DNA from: Candidatus Magasanikiibacteriota bacterium
GTDB taxonomy: Bacteria; Patescibacteriota; Patescibacteriia; Magasanikbacterales; UBA922
DNA: 64,000 nucleotides
NCBI GenBank assembly: GCA_003518365.1
Contig: DOYU01000010.1
Span: forward strand, 1,938 to 65,937
Direction: 5' to 3'
The translations under genes were made by a program, and so were the position numbers. Positions 18,945 through 29,985 of the stretch are shown here, in pieces. Under the pieces are notes generated by a model, which made no database searches, was not told the DNA's origin, and saw only the letters and a program-made list of their open reading frames with translations. The number at the start of each line of letters is the position of its first letter. Within the stretch, counting starts at the first letter, position 1.

Positions 18945-20176
18945 AAAAAACTATTTTTACAGGATTTAGCCCAAACACGCGAGCAAAGGATATGAGCATT
19001 GCCGCCTCTTTTTTATTTCTCCCCTGGAAATGGTTCCAATGGAAAAAAGGTACACACGAAAAAAGAGCAATGGAGTTGCTAGAAGGATATTTTGGGGAAA
19101 ATATTCAGGCCATAACCTATGATAGCGGTCGTTCTGCCTTGTATCATGCGTTGCTTGCCTTGGATGTAGGAGAAGGCGACGAAGTCCTGGTGCAAGCGTT
19201 TACCTGCATGGTCGTCATAAACGCTATTTGCTGGACAGGGGCCAGGCCCGTGTATGTGGATATAGAAAAAGACACACTGAACATGGATCCGGTAAAAGCA
19301 GACCATGCATGCTCAGATAAAACAAAAGTAATCATTTTGCAACACACCTTTGGACTTCCCGCAAATATTGATGCGCTGCTTGATGTGGCCAAAAAGCACA
19401 ATCTGAAAACCATAGAAGACTGCGCGCACTCGCTTGGTGCGCGGTATAAAGGAAAACTCACAGGCACATATGCAGACATCGGTATGCTTAGTTTTGGTGG
19501 TGAAAAAATAGTTTCGTGCGTACGGGGAGGTGCCCTTATAACAAAACTTCCTCAACTTGCAGTGCGATTGAGAAAGACACACGCAACACTTTCTCCTTCA
19601 ACACGCAGAGTGATTCGCCAGCATCTCCTTCATGTAGTTCTTTTCCCAATGGGCAAATCACTCTATCATCTTGGCATAGGAAAAGTATTTTTAAAAGTGT
19701 TGAAAGAATTACATATTACAAATAAAATTATTTATACAGAAGAAAAATACGGTAAACAAGTCGCATGGTATCCAAGCAAACTTCCAAATGCGCTTTCAGC
19801 TCTCTTGGTAAGCCAATTGCCAGAAATAGAATCAATGAACTCGCATCGACGACATATCGCGTCATTGTACAAAAAGAAGCTGCCACACATAATCGAGACA
19901 CAGCAAGATACCGACATGCATATCTACTTGCGGTTTTCTTTGTTTGTTCAAAATCCAAATGCAGTAAGAGATCTGGCAAAAAAACAAGGTATTCTCCTCG
20001 GCGATTGGTATTCGCTTGTCATTGGTCCAGGAGATGTAGATCTCAGTGTTGCGCAATATGTGAAGGGCACCTGTCCTATCGCAGAAGAGCGAGCTGCAAA
20101 GGCACTGAATTTACCTACAGACATCCATATTCAAGATAGCGATGTGCTCAGAATTTTGTCTGTACTTACTGAGTAA
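18941..20176 (+). CDS. DegT/DnrJ/EryC1/StrS-family PLP-dependent aminotransferase
   Basis: Family-typical length and motifs (LVQAFTC, SFGGEKIVS with putative PLP lysine). Confidence 0.65.
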   Translation: MKKTIFTGFSPNTRAKDMSIAASFLFLPWKWFQWKKGTHEKRAMELLEGYFGENIQAITYDSGRSALYHALLALDVGEGDEVLVQAFTCMVVINAICWTGARPVYVDIEKDTLNMDPVKADHACSDKTKVIILQHTFGLPANIDALLDVAKKHNLKTIEDCAHSLGARYKGKLTGTYADIGMLSFGGEKIVSCVRGGALITKLPQLAVRLRKTHATLSPSTRRVIRQHLLHVVLFPMGKSLYHLGIGKVFLKVLKELHITNKIIYTEEKYGKQVAWYPSKLPNALSALLVSQLPEIESMNSHRRHIASLYKKKLPHIIETQQDTDMHIYLRFSLFVQNPNAVRDLAKKQGILLGDWYSLVIGPGDVDLSVAQYVKGTCPIAEERAAKALNLPTDIHIQDSDVLRILSVLTE

Positions 20177-20179
20177 TAT

Positions 20180-21202
20180 ATGTATTCAATAAAAAAAACT
20201 ACAGATATACAAGCGTGGGATGCCTTTGTAAAGACGCATCAATATAGTCCATTTGTTCAATCATACAAGTATGGTGAATTTTATCGTGAACTCGGAGAAC
20301 ACTACTGGATCCTAGGCGTGTATGCAGGGGAGACGCTGGTTGGAGGAAGCCTGGTTCTCACCGTACATGCAAAACGAGGCAATTTCTTTTATCTGCCCTA
20401 TGGTCCGATGCTCGACTATACAGATAGTGCCATGGTGCAACAATTTTTTGCCAAACTCAAGCGTGGAGCAAAAAAAGAACACATGGATTTTATTCGGATT
20501 AGTCCCTTTCTTTCTGATACCCAAGAGGGGAGGGCGGTTATTCATGCAGAAGGATATCGAGCTGCTCCTATGCATGTCCTGGCTGAAAATAGTTGGCTTT
20601 TGGATCTATCACAAAGCGAAGAGCAGCTCCTCGCACAGATGAAAAAAAATCATAGAAATCTTATACGCAGATGTGAACGAGAGGGAGTGACGGTGACATC
20701 ACACACAGATCAAAAAACACTGGACATACTGCATGATATGCTTGATGAGACAGAAAAACGACAGCATTTTACACGATTTTCAAGACACTATATCAATACT
20801 GAATTTGCCAAATTTGCAGAAGATGGAGAAACATTGGTGTATATGGGAACATTGCCAACAGGCGAGGCTGATGCCGCTGCGATTATTATGTTTTATGGCA
20901 ATATGGCGGTCTATAGACACAGCGCCTCGCGTAATCTTGATAAAAAACTTCCAACATCCTATCTCATACAGTGGCACGTAATCAAAGAAGCAAAAAGAAG
21001 GGGAATGAGATGGTATAACTTTTGGGGTGTAGAGCCAAAAGATGCGAGTGCATCACATCCGTTTTCAGGGATTGGGCATTTTAAGCGTGGATTTGGGGGA
21101 TTTCAAGAAGATTTGCTACATTGCCAAGATCTTCCAATAACAAAAAAATATTGGGTAAACTGGATTGTTGAAACCATTCGAAAACGGAAGCGTGGCTTCT
21201 AG
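20180..21202 (+). CDS. FemAB-family peptidyltransferase-like protein (GNAT fold)
   Basis: N-terminal pattern W.AFV..H..SPFVQS..YGEF resembling FemA/FemB/MurM family; in cell-wall gene cluster. Confidence 0.55.
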   Translation: MYSIKKTTDIQAWDAFVKTHQYSPFVQSYKYGEFYRELGEHYWILGVYAGETLVGGSLVLTVHAKRGNFFYLPYGPMLDYTDSAMVQQFFAKLKRGAKKEHMDFIRISPFLSDTQEGRAVIHAEGYRAAPMHVLAENSWLLDLSQSEEQLLAQMKKNHRNLIRRCEREGVTVTSHTDQKTLDILHDMLDETEKRQHFTRFSRHYINTEFAKFAEDGETLVYMGTLPTGEADAAAIIMFYGNMAVYRHSASRNLDKKLPTSYLIQWHVIKEAKRRGMRWYNFWGVEPKDASASHPFSGIGHFKRGFGGFQEDLLHCQDLPITKKYWVNWIVETIRKRKRGF

Positions 21203-21228
21203 TTATTCTTTCATTTGTCTGTCATTCA

Positions 21229-22239
21229 ATGAACTATACAAAAAATAAAAAACAATCGTGTACGAGGGTCTATGTAAAAAGTAGGAATGCTTTATATAGC
21301 CGAAGTAAAGCAAAGGATTTTGCGTGGAGAGGAAGAAAACGTAATCCCATGCAAAAACAATTGCCACAGAAGAGTAGGTTAAGGTTTAAACTATATTTGA
21401 TGTTGTTTTTAGCATCTATATTTGGCATGATCGGCATGTTTGTGTACCATCCATTTTTTCGAATATCAAAAATTCAAGTCAACGGCGTAGAAACAATTAC
21501 GCCACAAGAAATTGAACAGACAATCTATGGTGCAATGGATTATCACAAGTGGTTTTTATTTCCTGCGAGTAGTTTTTTCTTTGTTGATGCATCAGAAGTT
21601 GAATCAATATTGAATCAACGGTTTCCGCTTAACACCGTAGCTATTACAAAACAGTTTCCTCACACACTTACTGTTTTACTTCAGGAACGTCTGTCAACAA
21701 TACTCTATGACAATGGCGATGCGTATCATTTTATTGGACTCACAGGAAAAGTTGTAGAACCTGTAAGAAAGGTCACCGATGCAGAGTGGTGGATCGACAC
21801 TGAAATCGTAACAAGTACAAATGAACGTGGCGAAGAAGTCTCAGAAAAAAAAGAAATTGCAAGACACCATAGACCTGATATGAATGGTTTGCAAAAGGAT
21901 GTTGGAGAGTTTCCACTCATTGTTGATACCAATGCAATCGAAAGAGGTACTGTTGCATTGAATACTGACGTCATAAAAGAGGACTATATTTCCCAAGTGC
22001 TTGAATGGTATGAAGTCCTATTACAACAATTTGATCTTACCATATCATACGTCGATGTAAGTTCGCCATACCGTACGGTTATTTTTACAAATGCTGGATT
22101 ACAGATTCTTATTGCATTGCCAGCAGGGGAGAGTATTGCCCAGATTGATAGATTTCGAGCTGCGTACAAAGAGATTTCAGATATCTCAGTAATTGGGTAC
22201 ATAGATGTTCGATATCCTGGTAAGATATATTGGCAATAG
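21229..22239 (+). CDS. ftsQ: FtsQ/DivIB-like cell division protein (TM + POTRA)
   Basis: Single TM LYLMLFLASIFGMIGMFVY followed by POTRA-like ISKIQVNGVETITPQEI. Confidence 0.55.
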   Translation: MNYTKNKKQSCTRVYVKSRNALYSRSKAKDFAWRGRKRNPMQKQLPQKSRLRFKLYLMLFLASIFGMIGMFVYHPFFRISKIQVNGVETITPQEIEQTIYGAMDYHKWFLFPASSFFFVDASEVESILNQRFPLNTVAITKQFPHTLTVLLQERLSTILYDNGDAYHFIGLTGKVVEPVRKVTDAEWWIDTEIVTSTNERGEEVSEKKEIARHHRPDMNGLQKDVGEFPLIVDTNAIERGTVALNTDVIKEDYISQVLEWYEVLLQQFDLTISYVDVSSPYRTVIFTNAGLQILIALPAGESIAQIDRFRAAYKEISDISVIGYIDVRYPGKIYWQ

Positions 22240-22708
22240 AAACTAGCACGTCACTGAAAAGGGTGAAGGGGGGATATTCTTCTTCATAGCAGGCCTTTTT
22301 GGAGACATCCAAAGATAGTATATCGTGTCGCACAATGTATATTATGCGACATTGCCTAGGACACTAAAAGAGGGATTTCAGGACTAATTATCTACTTACA
22401 TAAAACACAATCAATTTTCTTTTTGCATCAATTACAAATGTAATTTTGTTCCCATTTTGTTTTTTTTATTTCTTTCTGGGATTGCAAATCTTTATATACT
22501 GCCAGACCATCAAATCTCTCAATCTGCCCAAATCGTACATGTACTACCCCATCCTCTCTTAAATCTATACGTGGCAATATTGTGCGACGCAATACATTGT
22601 ACGCATAAATTGCAGAGGTAAAGTGATACGTCCAACATATTAAACTTTTTGGAGAAAAACATAAAAGGACCTTTGCCAAGATCCTTTTTATATATACAAA
22701 AGTCATCA

Positions 22709-23971
22709 CTAATAATCCTTTACCAAATAGGCCAAAGGATTCACAGGTATACCATCTTTTCGAACCTCAAAGTGTAAGTGAGGTCCTGTCACAAATGGAC
22801 CTGCACCGACAGTACCAGGAGTGCCACCAGAATATCCAATGATATCTCCTCTTGTCACAAATTGATCTGCACTCACGGTTATTTTGCTCATGTGTCCATA
22901 GACCGTTGAGAGCCCTCCCGAGTGGACAATCATCACATATGCATAACAGCTTGCTGTTTGGCAAGTACGCGCTCTTGCTATGTAGCCACTCGCAGCTGCC
23001 CGGAGCGGCGTGCTATGTGCTGCGCGGATATCGATTGCGTTATGTTCAAAGACATATCTATATGGATATGATGGATCATGGAAGTATGCGGTTACATAAC
23101 GACTTGGTGTTGGCCAGGAGAGCTGCCCATCAAATTGGACATCTGAAGATCCTGTTACCTTATCCTCTGCCTCTAATTTAGCTCGTACTTGCTGCTCGAT
23201 AGATGTAATGTCACTTTCAATCGACTGATACTGTGATTTTAAGTTGCCGACCAATGTCTTATATGTGAGCTCTGATGATTGGGTTTGCGCAAGCAATGTT
23301 TGCTTTGCAAAGGATTGTCCTTCGAGGTCTTTTTTCTTATTATCAAGTTCTTCTTTCATTGCATCATACGCTTTTCGTCTTTCTTCTGTTGCTATTTTTT
23401 TTTTTTCCAACTCTTCTTTTGATATTCTGAGCGCTCTAGCACTTTTTCCAAGATCTTCTTCAATGGATTTTGCGTATTCCATCTTATTATAAAAATCAGA
23501 AAAATTGTCATAGGATGCAAGTACCTGAAGAATTCCCTTGTTCCCTTGTTCATGGAGAGTGCGAATAAACTCTGACATGATCATCCTCTGTCGATCAATG
23601 GTATTTTCTTTATCAGTAATACCGAGATTAAGCGCTTCAATTTCGAGAGTAAGCGTTTCCAGTTTTTGTTCTGTTGCTTCTATATCGAGTTCAACTTGGA
23701 CAATATGATTGTCCAAGATAGCCATTTGATTGGCCAGTGATGTGGATTCAAGACGTGTCTGGTCAATTTTTTTCTTATACGCATCAATACTTGCTTCAAG
23801 TTGCTTTACTTTTTCCTTTTTTGCAGCAATTTCTTGATTGAGCTGGTCGATTTCCTCTTTATTTCCACCAGTTCCACTAGTAGTCTGTGTATACACAAAT
23901 ACCGGCAAGCTAACAATTGCCAGTAGTGTTATTATTGTGATGTTTAGAAACGTTTTTTTTCTCCGATGCAT
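22709..23971 (-). CDS. M23/LytM-family peptidoglycan endopeptidase with N-terminal coiled coil (EnvC-like)
   Basis: C-terminal GPHLHFEVRKDG (HxH M23 motif); long coiled-coil N-region; start taken at MHRRKK. Confidence 0.8.
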   Translation of the reverse strand: MHRRKKTFLNITIITLLAIVSLPVFVYTQTTSGTGGNKEEIDQLNQEIAAKKEKVKQLEASIDAYKKKIDQTRLESTSLANQMAILDNHIVQVELDIEATEQKLETLTLEIEALNLGITDKENTIDRQRMIMSEFIRTLHEQGNKGILQVLASYDNFSDFYNKMEYAKSIEEDLGKSARALRISKEELEKKKIATEERRKAYDAMKEELDNKKKDLEGQSFAKQTLLAQTQSSELTYKTLVGNLKSQYQSIESDITSIEQQVRAKLEAEDKVTGSSDVQFDGQLSWPTPSRYVTAYFHDPSYPYRYVFEHNAIDIRAAHSTPLRAAASGYIARARTCQTASCYAYVMIVHSGGLSTVYGHMSKITVSADQFVTRGDIIGYSGGTPGTVGAGPFVTGPHLHFEVRKDGIPVNPLAYLVKDY

Positions 23972-24021
23972 ACAATATTCTAATCGGAGTCTAGTATAGC
24001 ACAGGAGAAAAAATCGTGCTA

Positions 24022-25509
24022 TCAAGAAATCTTTGCAAGCCCCTCCCCTATTCGTTGCAGACTTTTTTCTTTACCAAGGACGGTCATAATTTCAAATGGT
24101 CCAGGAGAATATTGCTGTCCAGAGAGCGCAACGCGAGTTGGCCAGAGCACGTCTCCTACACCATACGTACGCTCTTTGATCCAGCCCATGACGGCCTGCT
24201 CTATCCCCTCTTCTGTCCAGGCTTCCTTAGCAAAAGTTGATAAAAATTCGCTTAGTTGAGCCAATTTTTCTTTTGCATCAGGCAAATCACTCTTTTTCCA
24301 CTTCAGAAGTTCAGTTTCATAACTCAACGAATCTGCAAAGAGGAAGGTTGTATTCGTGACAATGTCTGCAAGGGTATTTGCACGTTCACGACCAAGGCGG
24401 ACGACGCCCTCAAAAAATGAGAGGTCGTTGATCATTTCTTCATCTGAACCGGCTGCGGCAAAAAAGGGCTTGGCACGTGTGGCAAGTTCTTCAATAGACA
24501 ATTTTTTCATCCATTCTTTGTTATACCAATCAAGTTTTTCGTAATTGAACACGGCCGCTGACTTATTTACTTTTTCAAAACTAAATGCCTGCACCAACTC
24601 TTCGAGTGTAAATATTTCTTGCTCCGTACCAGGGTTCCATCCAAGAAATGCAACAAAATTAACCATTGCTTCTGGCAAATATCCTTTGTTTTTAAAATCA
24701 AAAACAGAGACATCACCATGTCGCTTACTGAGTTTTTGTCTTTTTTCATTTACAAGTAATGGCAAATGACCATAGACGGGCTTTTCCCAACCAAACATGT
24801 CATACAAGACAATATGTTTTGGAGTAGAACTCAGCCATTCTTCGCCACGAAACACGTGCGAGATTTCCATAAGATGATCGTCCACAACAACAGCGAGATG
24901 GTATGTAGGAAACCCATCAGTTTTCATGAGTACCTGATCATCAATCAGTTTATTTTCGAAAGAAACATTGTCACGCACAAGATCTGTCCACGTGGTAGTT
25001 CCTTCGTCCGGCATGTTAAGACGAACAACATGTGGCGAGTTCGCGTCAAGTTTTTTCTGAACGTTTTCTGTTGAAAGTGTTTTACAGTGCCCATCGTAGC
25101 CAGTTGGTTGTTTATTCATTTCTTGCATTTTTCTGAGATCATCGAGACGTTCTTTGGTACAAAAACAATAATACGCATCTTTTTGCTCAAGCAGTTGATG
25201 AACATACTTTTTGTAAATATCCAAGCGTTCTGACTGAATATACGGTCCTTTTTCCCCTACTTGTGTCAGATGCTGATGTGTGTCAAACGTAACACCTTCA
25301 TCCGGTGGGATATGGGCCCAATGTAACGATTCAACAATATTTTCAGTCGATCCTTCTACGAGACGTTCTCTATCCGTATCCTCAATACGAAGCAAAAAAT
25401 CACCACCGTTCTTTTTGGCATAAAGATAATCAAACAGTGCGCTGAGAAGTGATCCAACGTGGAACATGCCCGTAGGGCTTGGTGGAATGCGTGTTCTTAT
25501 CTTCTTCAT
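24022..25509 (-). CDS. gltX: glutamyl-tRNA synthetase
   Basis: HIGH motif PSPTGMFHVGS and KMSKS-like KLSKRHG; start taken at MKKIRTRIP. Confidence 0.85.
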   Translation of the reverse strand: MKKIRTRIPPSPTGMFHVGSLLSALFDYLYAKKNGGDFLLRIEDTDRERLVEGSTENIVESLHWAHIPPDEGVTFDTHQHLTQVGEKGPYIQSERLDIYKKYVHQLLEQKDAYYCFCTKERLDDLRKMQEMNKQPTGYDGHCKTLSTENVQKKLDANSPHVVRLNMPDEGTTTWTDLVRDNVSFENKLIDDQVLMKTDGFPTYHLAVVVDDHLMEISHVFRGEEWLSSTPKHIVLYDMFGWEKPVYGHLPLLVNEKRQKLSKRHGDVSVFDFKNKGYLPEAMVNFVAFLGWNPGTEQEIFTLEELVQAFSFEKVNKSAAVFNYEKLDWYNKEWMKKLSIEELATRAKPFFAAAGSDEEMINDLSFFEGVVRLGRERANTLADIVTNTTFLFADSLSYETELLKWKKSDLPDAKEKLAQLSEFLSTFAKEAWTEEGIEQAVMGWIKERTYGVGDVLWPTRVALSGQQYSPGPFEIMTVLGKEKSLQRIGEGLAKIS

Positions 25510-25510
25510 A

Positions 25511-26245
25511 TTATGAATTGAGTTGATAGAGTGTGATGCCGACAGACATGGCAAGATTCAGTGATTCAGCGTTCCCGGTGCCTGCGATGGTATAGGATGC
25601 ATCAGTGATCTCTCTGAGATTGTCAGCAAGACCATGTGACTCTGAACCAAACAGAAGTGCCTGTTTTCTTCCTTTCCTCAGCTGAGAGATGTCCTTCCCG
25701 GACAGATCCAAGGTGGCGATACTATACCCATTTTTCCTGAGAAATTCAACTGTGTCAACCATATATTCAGATTGGTATATCTTTGTACGAAAGATAGATC
25801 CCATAGTGCTGCGCACGACTTTCTCATTATACGGATCAACAGATCCTTCAGAGACTATCACGGCATGAACGCCAAACCAGTCTGCCGTTCGAATGATGGT
25901 TCCAAGATTGCCCGGATCATTTACCCTGTCGAGGAGAATAATATGTTCTTCATGAATCATGTTATCGAGCGACGCATCCGGCATAGCAACAACGGCCATT
26001 ACACCAGGAAATGTCTCCGTTTGCTTGATAGCATCGACATCACGTTTATTCGCTCGTTCAACAGGGATTCCTGTCTTTTCAGCATAACTGATAATAACAC
26101 CCATGTCTGCATCAATGGCACTTTCTTCGACGATAAGCAGTTCAACCTCAGCATGTTCCAATGCTTCTTCAACCCCCTTTTTTCCTTCTACAGTAAACAC
26201 ACCAAACTCTTTGCGGTATTTTTTTTGTGTAAGTTTTTTGAGCAT
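25511..26245 (-). CDS. SpoU/TrmH-family RNA 2'-O-methyltransferase
   Basis: SPOUT motifs (LLDRVNDPGNLGTIIRTA, LLFGSESHGL, NLAMSVGITLYQL). Confidence 0.8.
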   Translation of the reverse strand: MLKKLTQKKYRKEFGVFTVEGKKGVEEALEHAEVELLIVEESAIDADMGVIISYAEKTGIPVERANKRDVDAIKQTETFPGVMAVVAMPDASLDNMIHEEHIILLDRVNDPGNLGTIIRTADWFGVHAVIVSEGSVDPYNEKVVRSTMGSIFRTKIYQSEYMVDTVEFLRKNGYSIATLDLSGKDISQLRKGRKQALLFGSESHGLADNLREITDASYTIAGTGNAESLNLAMSVGITLYQLNS

Positions 26246-26255
26246 GGTGCTCGTG

Positions 26256-27017
26256 CTATTTGACAACATAGGATTTCAATACTAAGTAAGGAAATACGAT
26301 AACAGCGGTGAAAATGCGCTTGATTCTGCTTGGCTGGTGTATCAGTCGCCACAGCCACTCAATACCAATCCGTCTGAACAATTTTGGTGCTCGAGGGATG
26401 ACACCCGCAAGAAAATCAAACGTTCCCCCAACTCCCATGAGTATCTTTACGCCAGGAAGTTCTGATTTGAATGTATCAATCCACCACTCCTGCTTCCCAT
26501 GCCCAAAGGCTACGAAGAGGATATCGGGTTTGGCGAGAACAATGTCAGAAAGTATTTCATCATGCTGACCTTTATCAACTATAGTATACATTGCTCTATT
26601 GTCACATTGTTTTATTGTGATATTGTCACTTTTTTGAACAAAATGTATACTCAAACCAGCAAACCTCTCTTTCAACTTTTCTGCAGCTTGCTTTGCCGCT
26701 CCTGATTTACCTCCAATAAAATATACAGATTTTCCTTCCCTTTCAGCCAATTCGCAAAGTGAGAGCACAAGATCAGCTCCGGGAAAACGGGTATACACTC
26801 CCCCACTCATAAGCTGAATGCCAAATCCATCACAGACATTCATATCTCCACTATTAAGGATATCCCGAAAACCCAGATTCCTGTGCGCCGCCACAAGCAT
26901 CTCTGGATTTGGTGTGTAGAGAGTATGCGTTTCTGAACCAGAGAGCCATGTTTTTGCTTTCTCCAGTATCTCTTGCTTTGTGAGTGGGTCAATCCTGACA
27001 CCGAGCATTTTGTGCAT
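26256..27017 (-). CDS. WecB/TagA/CpsF-family glycosyltransferase
   Basis: Family-typical C-terminal motifs (GVGGTFDFLAG, PRAPKLFRRIGIEWLWRL); start uncertain (MHKML). Confidence 0.7.
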   Translation of the reverse strand: MHKMLGVRIDPLTKQEILEKAKTWLSGSETHTLYTPNPEMLVAAHRNLGFRDILNSGDMNVCDGFGIQLMSGGVYTRFPGADLVLSLCELAEREGKSVYFIGGKSGAAKQAAEKLKERFAGLSIHFVQKSDNITIKQCDNRAMYTIVDKGQHDEILSDIVLAKPDILFVAFGHGKQEWWIDTFKSELPGVKILMGVGGTFDFLAGVIPRAPKLFRRIGIEWLWRLIHQPSRIKRIFTAVIVFPYLVLKSYVVK

Positions 27018-27051
27018 AGCTTGGCAAAAATATGTTACAATACTATCACTC

Positions 27052-27079
27052 TTGACAACAAAAATCAATTTGCTATAGT
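27052..27079 (+). promoter_or_regulatory. sigma70-like promoter TTGACA-N16-tgcTATAGT upstream of clpB
   Basis: Consensus -35 and -10 hexamers with TG upstream of -10. Confidence 0.6.
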
Positions 27080-27080
27080 A

Positions 27081-27107
27081 TTATCACTCATGGAGGTGGA
27101 GTGCTAG
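27081..27107 (+). promoter_or_regulatory. CIRCE element (HrcA operator) TTATCACTC-N9-GAGTGCTAG
   Basis: Matches CIRCE consensus TTAGCACTC-N9-GAGTGCTAA at 15/18 positions with exact 9-nt spacer; located at the predicted transcription start of clpB; an extra half-site ATCACTC lies just upstream of the -35. Confidence 0.7.
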
Positions 27108-27186
27108 CACAGTTTCTTGATAGCGTTCGTTGCACATTGAACGTAACCACAGCAGACTGAAAGTTGAATGGTTTATTAGATTATCA

Positions 27187-27226
27187 GTTAATTAGTTTCT
27201 AATTTTGATGAACGAAACTAATTAAC
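27187..27226 (+). promoter_or_regulatory. 13-bp perfect inverted repeat gttaattagtttc-N14-gaaactaattaac in clpB 5' leader
   Basis: Perfect IR between CIRCE and clpB ATG; operator or leader RNA hairpin. Confidence 0.4.
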
Positions 27227-27255
27227 TAATACTCCAATTACCCAATTTACTACAT

Positions 27256-29889
27256 ATGATTCCACAAAATTTTACCCAAAAATCCCAAGAGGCGCTGCAG
27301 CATGCAGCCCAGATTTCTCATGCAAACGGCCAACCTCAAGTTGAGCCGCCACATCTTTTTTTATCACTTCTCGAACAAGAAGAAGGTGTTGTGCTGTCTG
27401 TTCTCAAGAAATTAAACGTCAATATCGAGGAACTTCGTCATGACACGCAGCAAATGATTGATGGATTGCCAAAGCAATTTGGCGCAATGAGTGGTGGTAT
27501 GGGGCAAATTATGATGGGCCAAGCCATGATGTTTATTTTGCAAAATGCACAGAATGAATCGCAAAAAATGGGTGATGAATATATTAGTGTTGAGCATCTT
27601 CTTCTTTCATTCCTCACAAATAAAAATCCTATAAGCGACGCACTTGGCAAACAAGGCGTCCAGCATGCTGATGCTTTGAAAGTATTGGCAACGGTGCGAG
27701 GCTCACAACGAGTCGATTCCCCTACTCCGGAAAGTACCTACCAAGCGCTGGAAAAGTATGGCATGAATTATACTGACCGTGCGCGAAAGGAAAAACTAGA
27801 CCCTGTGATTGGGCGCGATGATGAGATACGACGTGTGATGCAAGTGCTCACAAGACGAACAAAAAATAATCCTGTGTTGATTGGTGAGCCAGGTGTCGGA
27901 AAAACAGCCATTGTAGAGGGACTTGCACAGCGCATTGTGAACGGTGATGTACCCGAAAGTCTAAAAGACAAAGAGGTCATTGGTCTTGATATAGGCTCTC
28001 TTGTCGCCGGGACAAAGTTCCGCGGTGAATTTGAAGAACGGCTGAAAGCGGTGTTGAAAGAAGTCACAGATGCTCGCGGGAAAATCATTCTCTTTATTGA
28101 TGAACTCCATACTATCATGGGCGCAGGAAGCTCTGAAGGGGCTGTCGATGCGTCAAATATGCTAAAGCCTGCACTTGCTCGAGGTGAACTTCGCACGATC
28201 GGTGCCACAACAATCAAAGAATATCAGCAACATATTGAAAAGGATGCAGCGTTTGAACGTCGCTTTCAGCCTGTCCTCGTTAAAGAGCCAAGTGAAGAGG
28301 ATGCTCTCGCCATTTTGCGTGGGATTAAAGAAAAGTATGAAGTGCATCATGGAGTCAGAATTACAGATCCTGCACTTGTGGCAGCAGTAAAACTGTCGAG
28401 CAGATATATCACTGATCGTTTTCTTCCGGACAAAGCTATCGACCTCATCGACGAAGCGACAAGTGCCATGCGTCTTGAGATAGAATCCATGCCAGACGAT
28501 CTTGATAAAATGAAGCGAAAAATGATGAAAATTGAGATTGAATTGTCAGCATTGAAAAAAGAGAAAGATGTTGAGTCTAAAGAACGTGAAGCAAAACTTA
28601 AAAAAGAACTTGCTAATTTGAAAGAAAGTATTGGTGAAATAGAATTGCATTGGAAGCACGAAAAAGAAATTATTTCAAAAATTCGTGGCTACAAAAAAGA
28701 AATTGATACCTTGAAACAACAGGCAGAAATTGAGGAACGTAAGGGAAATCTTCAGAAGGTTGCTGAAATTCGCTATGGGAATATCCCCAATACAGAAGAA
28801 GCGCTGAAAAAGGATCAGCGCAAGTTTGCTGACTTGCAGGAAAAGAGGGCTATCTTGAAAGAAGAAGTTACTGAAGAAGATATTGCCGCCGTTGTCGCAC
28901 GGTGGACAGGTATTCCTGTCGACAAGATGCTTCAGGATGATCTCAAAAAACTTGCCAACATGGAAGCCGTCCTCTCGACACGAGTCATCGGACAATCAGA
29001 TGCTATCAAGGCAGTATCCAATGCCATCCGTCGTTCACGAGCAGGCGTTGCAGAGGAAAACAAACCAATCGGCAGCTTTATTTTCATGGGGCCAACAGGT
29101 GTTGGAAAAACAGAACTCGCAAGGGGTCTTGCTGAATTTTTGTTTAATGACGAGGACGCACTCGTGCGAGTAGATATGAGTGAATATATGGAACGCCATG
29201 CAACAAGTAAATTGATTGGCTCCCCTCCTGGCTATGTTGGCTATGAAGAAGGTGGCCAGCTGACTGAAATCATCCGTCGCAGACCCTATGCAGTCCTTTT
29301 GTTTGACGAGATTGAAAAAGCGCATCCAGATGTCTTTAATATCATGCTCCAGATTCTCGATGATGGACATGTAAAAGATGCCAAAGGAAGAAAAATAAAT
29401 TTCAAAAATACGGTCATCATCATGACCAGCAATATCGCCAGTGATGTCATCATGGCTATGGGACAACGTGGTGAACTAGGTTTTCAAGAAACAGGGAAAA
29501 AATCAAAAGCACAAGAGGAGGATCGCATGAAAGAGAAAGTTATGGAAGGATTGAAAGAACACTTCAAGCCGGAATTTCTCAATCGTATCGATGAGATTAT
29601 CACCTTCCACCCACTTGATAAGCCAGAAATTCGAAGTATTGTTGACTTGCAGCTTGCACGCGTTGGGAAGAGACTCACTGAACAGCGCATCACACTCGAC
29701 GTATCTGCTAAGGCCAAGGATTGGCTTGCCAAGAAAGGATACGATCCACAAATGGGTGCTCGCCCACTCAAACGATTGATCCAAACAGAACTCTTGGACA
29801 AGCTTGCACTTGATATTTTGGAAGGAAAAATTGCAGAAGGAAGAACGGTGAAAGTGGATGTTGGAAAAAGTGGGTTAGTAGTCAAGTAA
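27256..29889 (+). CDS. clpB: ATP-dependent chaperone ClpB
   Basis: Two AAA+ modules ([16 protein letters not shown]), middle coiled-coil domain, 877 aa. Confidence 0.95.
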   Translation: MIPQNFTQKSQEALQHAAQISHANGQPQVEPPHLFLSLLEQEEGVVLSVLKKLNVNIEELRHDTQQMIDGLPKQFGAMSGGMGQIMMGQAMMFILQNAQNESQKMGDEYISVEHLLLSFLTNKNPISDALGKQGVQHADALKVLATVRGSQRVDSPTPESTYQALEKYGMNYTDRARKEKLDPVIGRDDEIRRVMQVLTRRTKNNPVLIGEPGVGKTAIVEGLAQRIVNGDVPESLKDKEVIGLDIGSLVAGTKFRGEFEERLKAVLKEVTDARGKIILFIDELHTIMGAGSSEGAVDASNMLKPALARGELRTIGATTIKEYQQHIEKDAAFERRFQPVLVKEPSEEDALAILRGIKEKYEVHHGVRITDPALVAAVKLSSRYITDRFLPDKAIDLIDEATSAMRLEIESMPDDLDKMKRKMMKIEIELSALKKEKDVESKEREAKLKKELANLKESIGEIELHWKHEKEIISKIRGYKKEIDTLKQQAEIEERKGNLQKVAEIRYGNIPNTEEALKKDQRKFADLQEKRAILKEEVTEEDIAAVVARWTGIPVDKMLQDDLKKLANMEAVLSTRVIGQSDAIKAVSNAIRRSRAGVAEENKPIGSFIFMGPTGVGKTELARGLAEFLFNDEDALVRVDMSEYMERHATSKLIGSPPGYVGYEEGGQLTEIIRRRPYAVLLFDEIEKAHPDVFNIMLQILDDGHVKDAKGRKINFKNTVIIMTSNIASDVIMAMGQRGELGFQETGKKSKAQEEDRMKEKVMEGLKEHFKPEFLNRIDEIITFHPLDKPEIRSIVDLQLARVGKRLTEQRITLDVSAKAKDWLAKKGYDPQMGARPLKRLIQTELLDKLALDILEGKIAEGRTVKVDVGKSGLVVK

Positions 29890-29909
29890 CAAGTTGAAAG
29901 GCACTCAAA

Positions 29910-29950
29910 TATAAAAACAAACGCCCGACCATCACGAAGATGATCGGGCT
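29910..29950. terminator. hairpin terminator between clpB and the convergent small gene (U-tract on minus strand)
   Basis: gcccgaccatca/tgatcgggc stem; on the minus strand it is followed by TTTGTTTTTAT. Confidence 0.5.
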
Positions 29951-29985
29951 ACAATGTAAACAGCGGCGCGGCAGCAGGATGCTGC

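Noticed and set aside
22428-22709. 93-aa ORF in the convergent gap between ftsQ and the M23 peptidase
   Set aside because: No RBS, odd composition, and it lies in a region with scattered hairpins (for example gtcgcacaatgta...tgcgac). More likely untranslated terminator/spacer sequence. The partial long-range inverted repeat I saw there is too imperfect to call.
27768-28217. Numerous antisense or out-of-frame ORFs inside clear housekeeping genes (e.g. 27768..28217 in clpB, 12252..12935 in lysS, 13848..14150)
   Set aside because: They overlap well-supported genes on the opposite strand and have biased low-complexity translations; treated as spurious.
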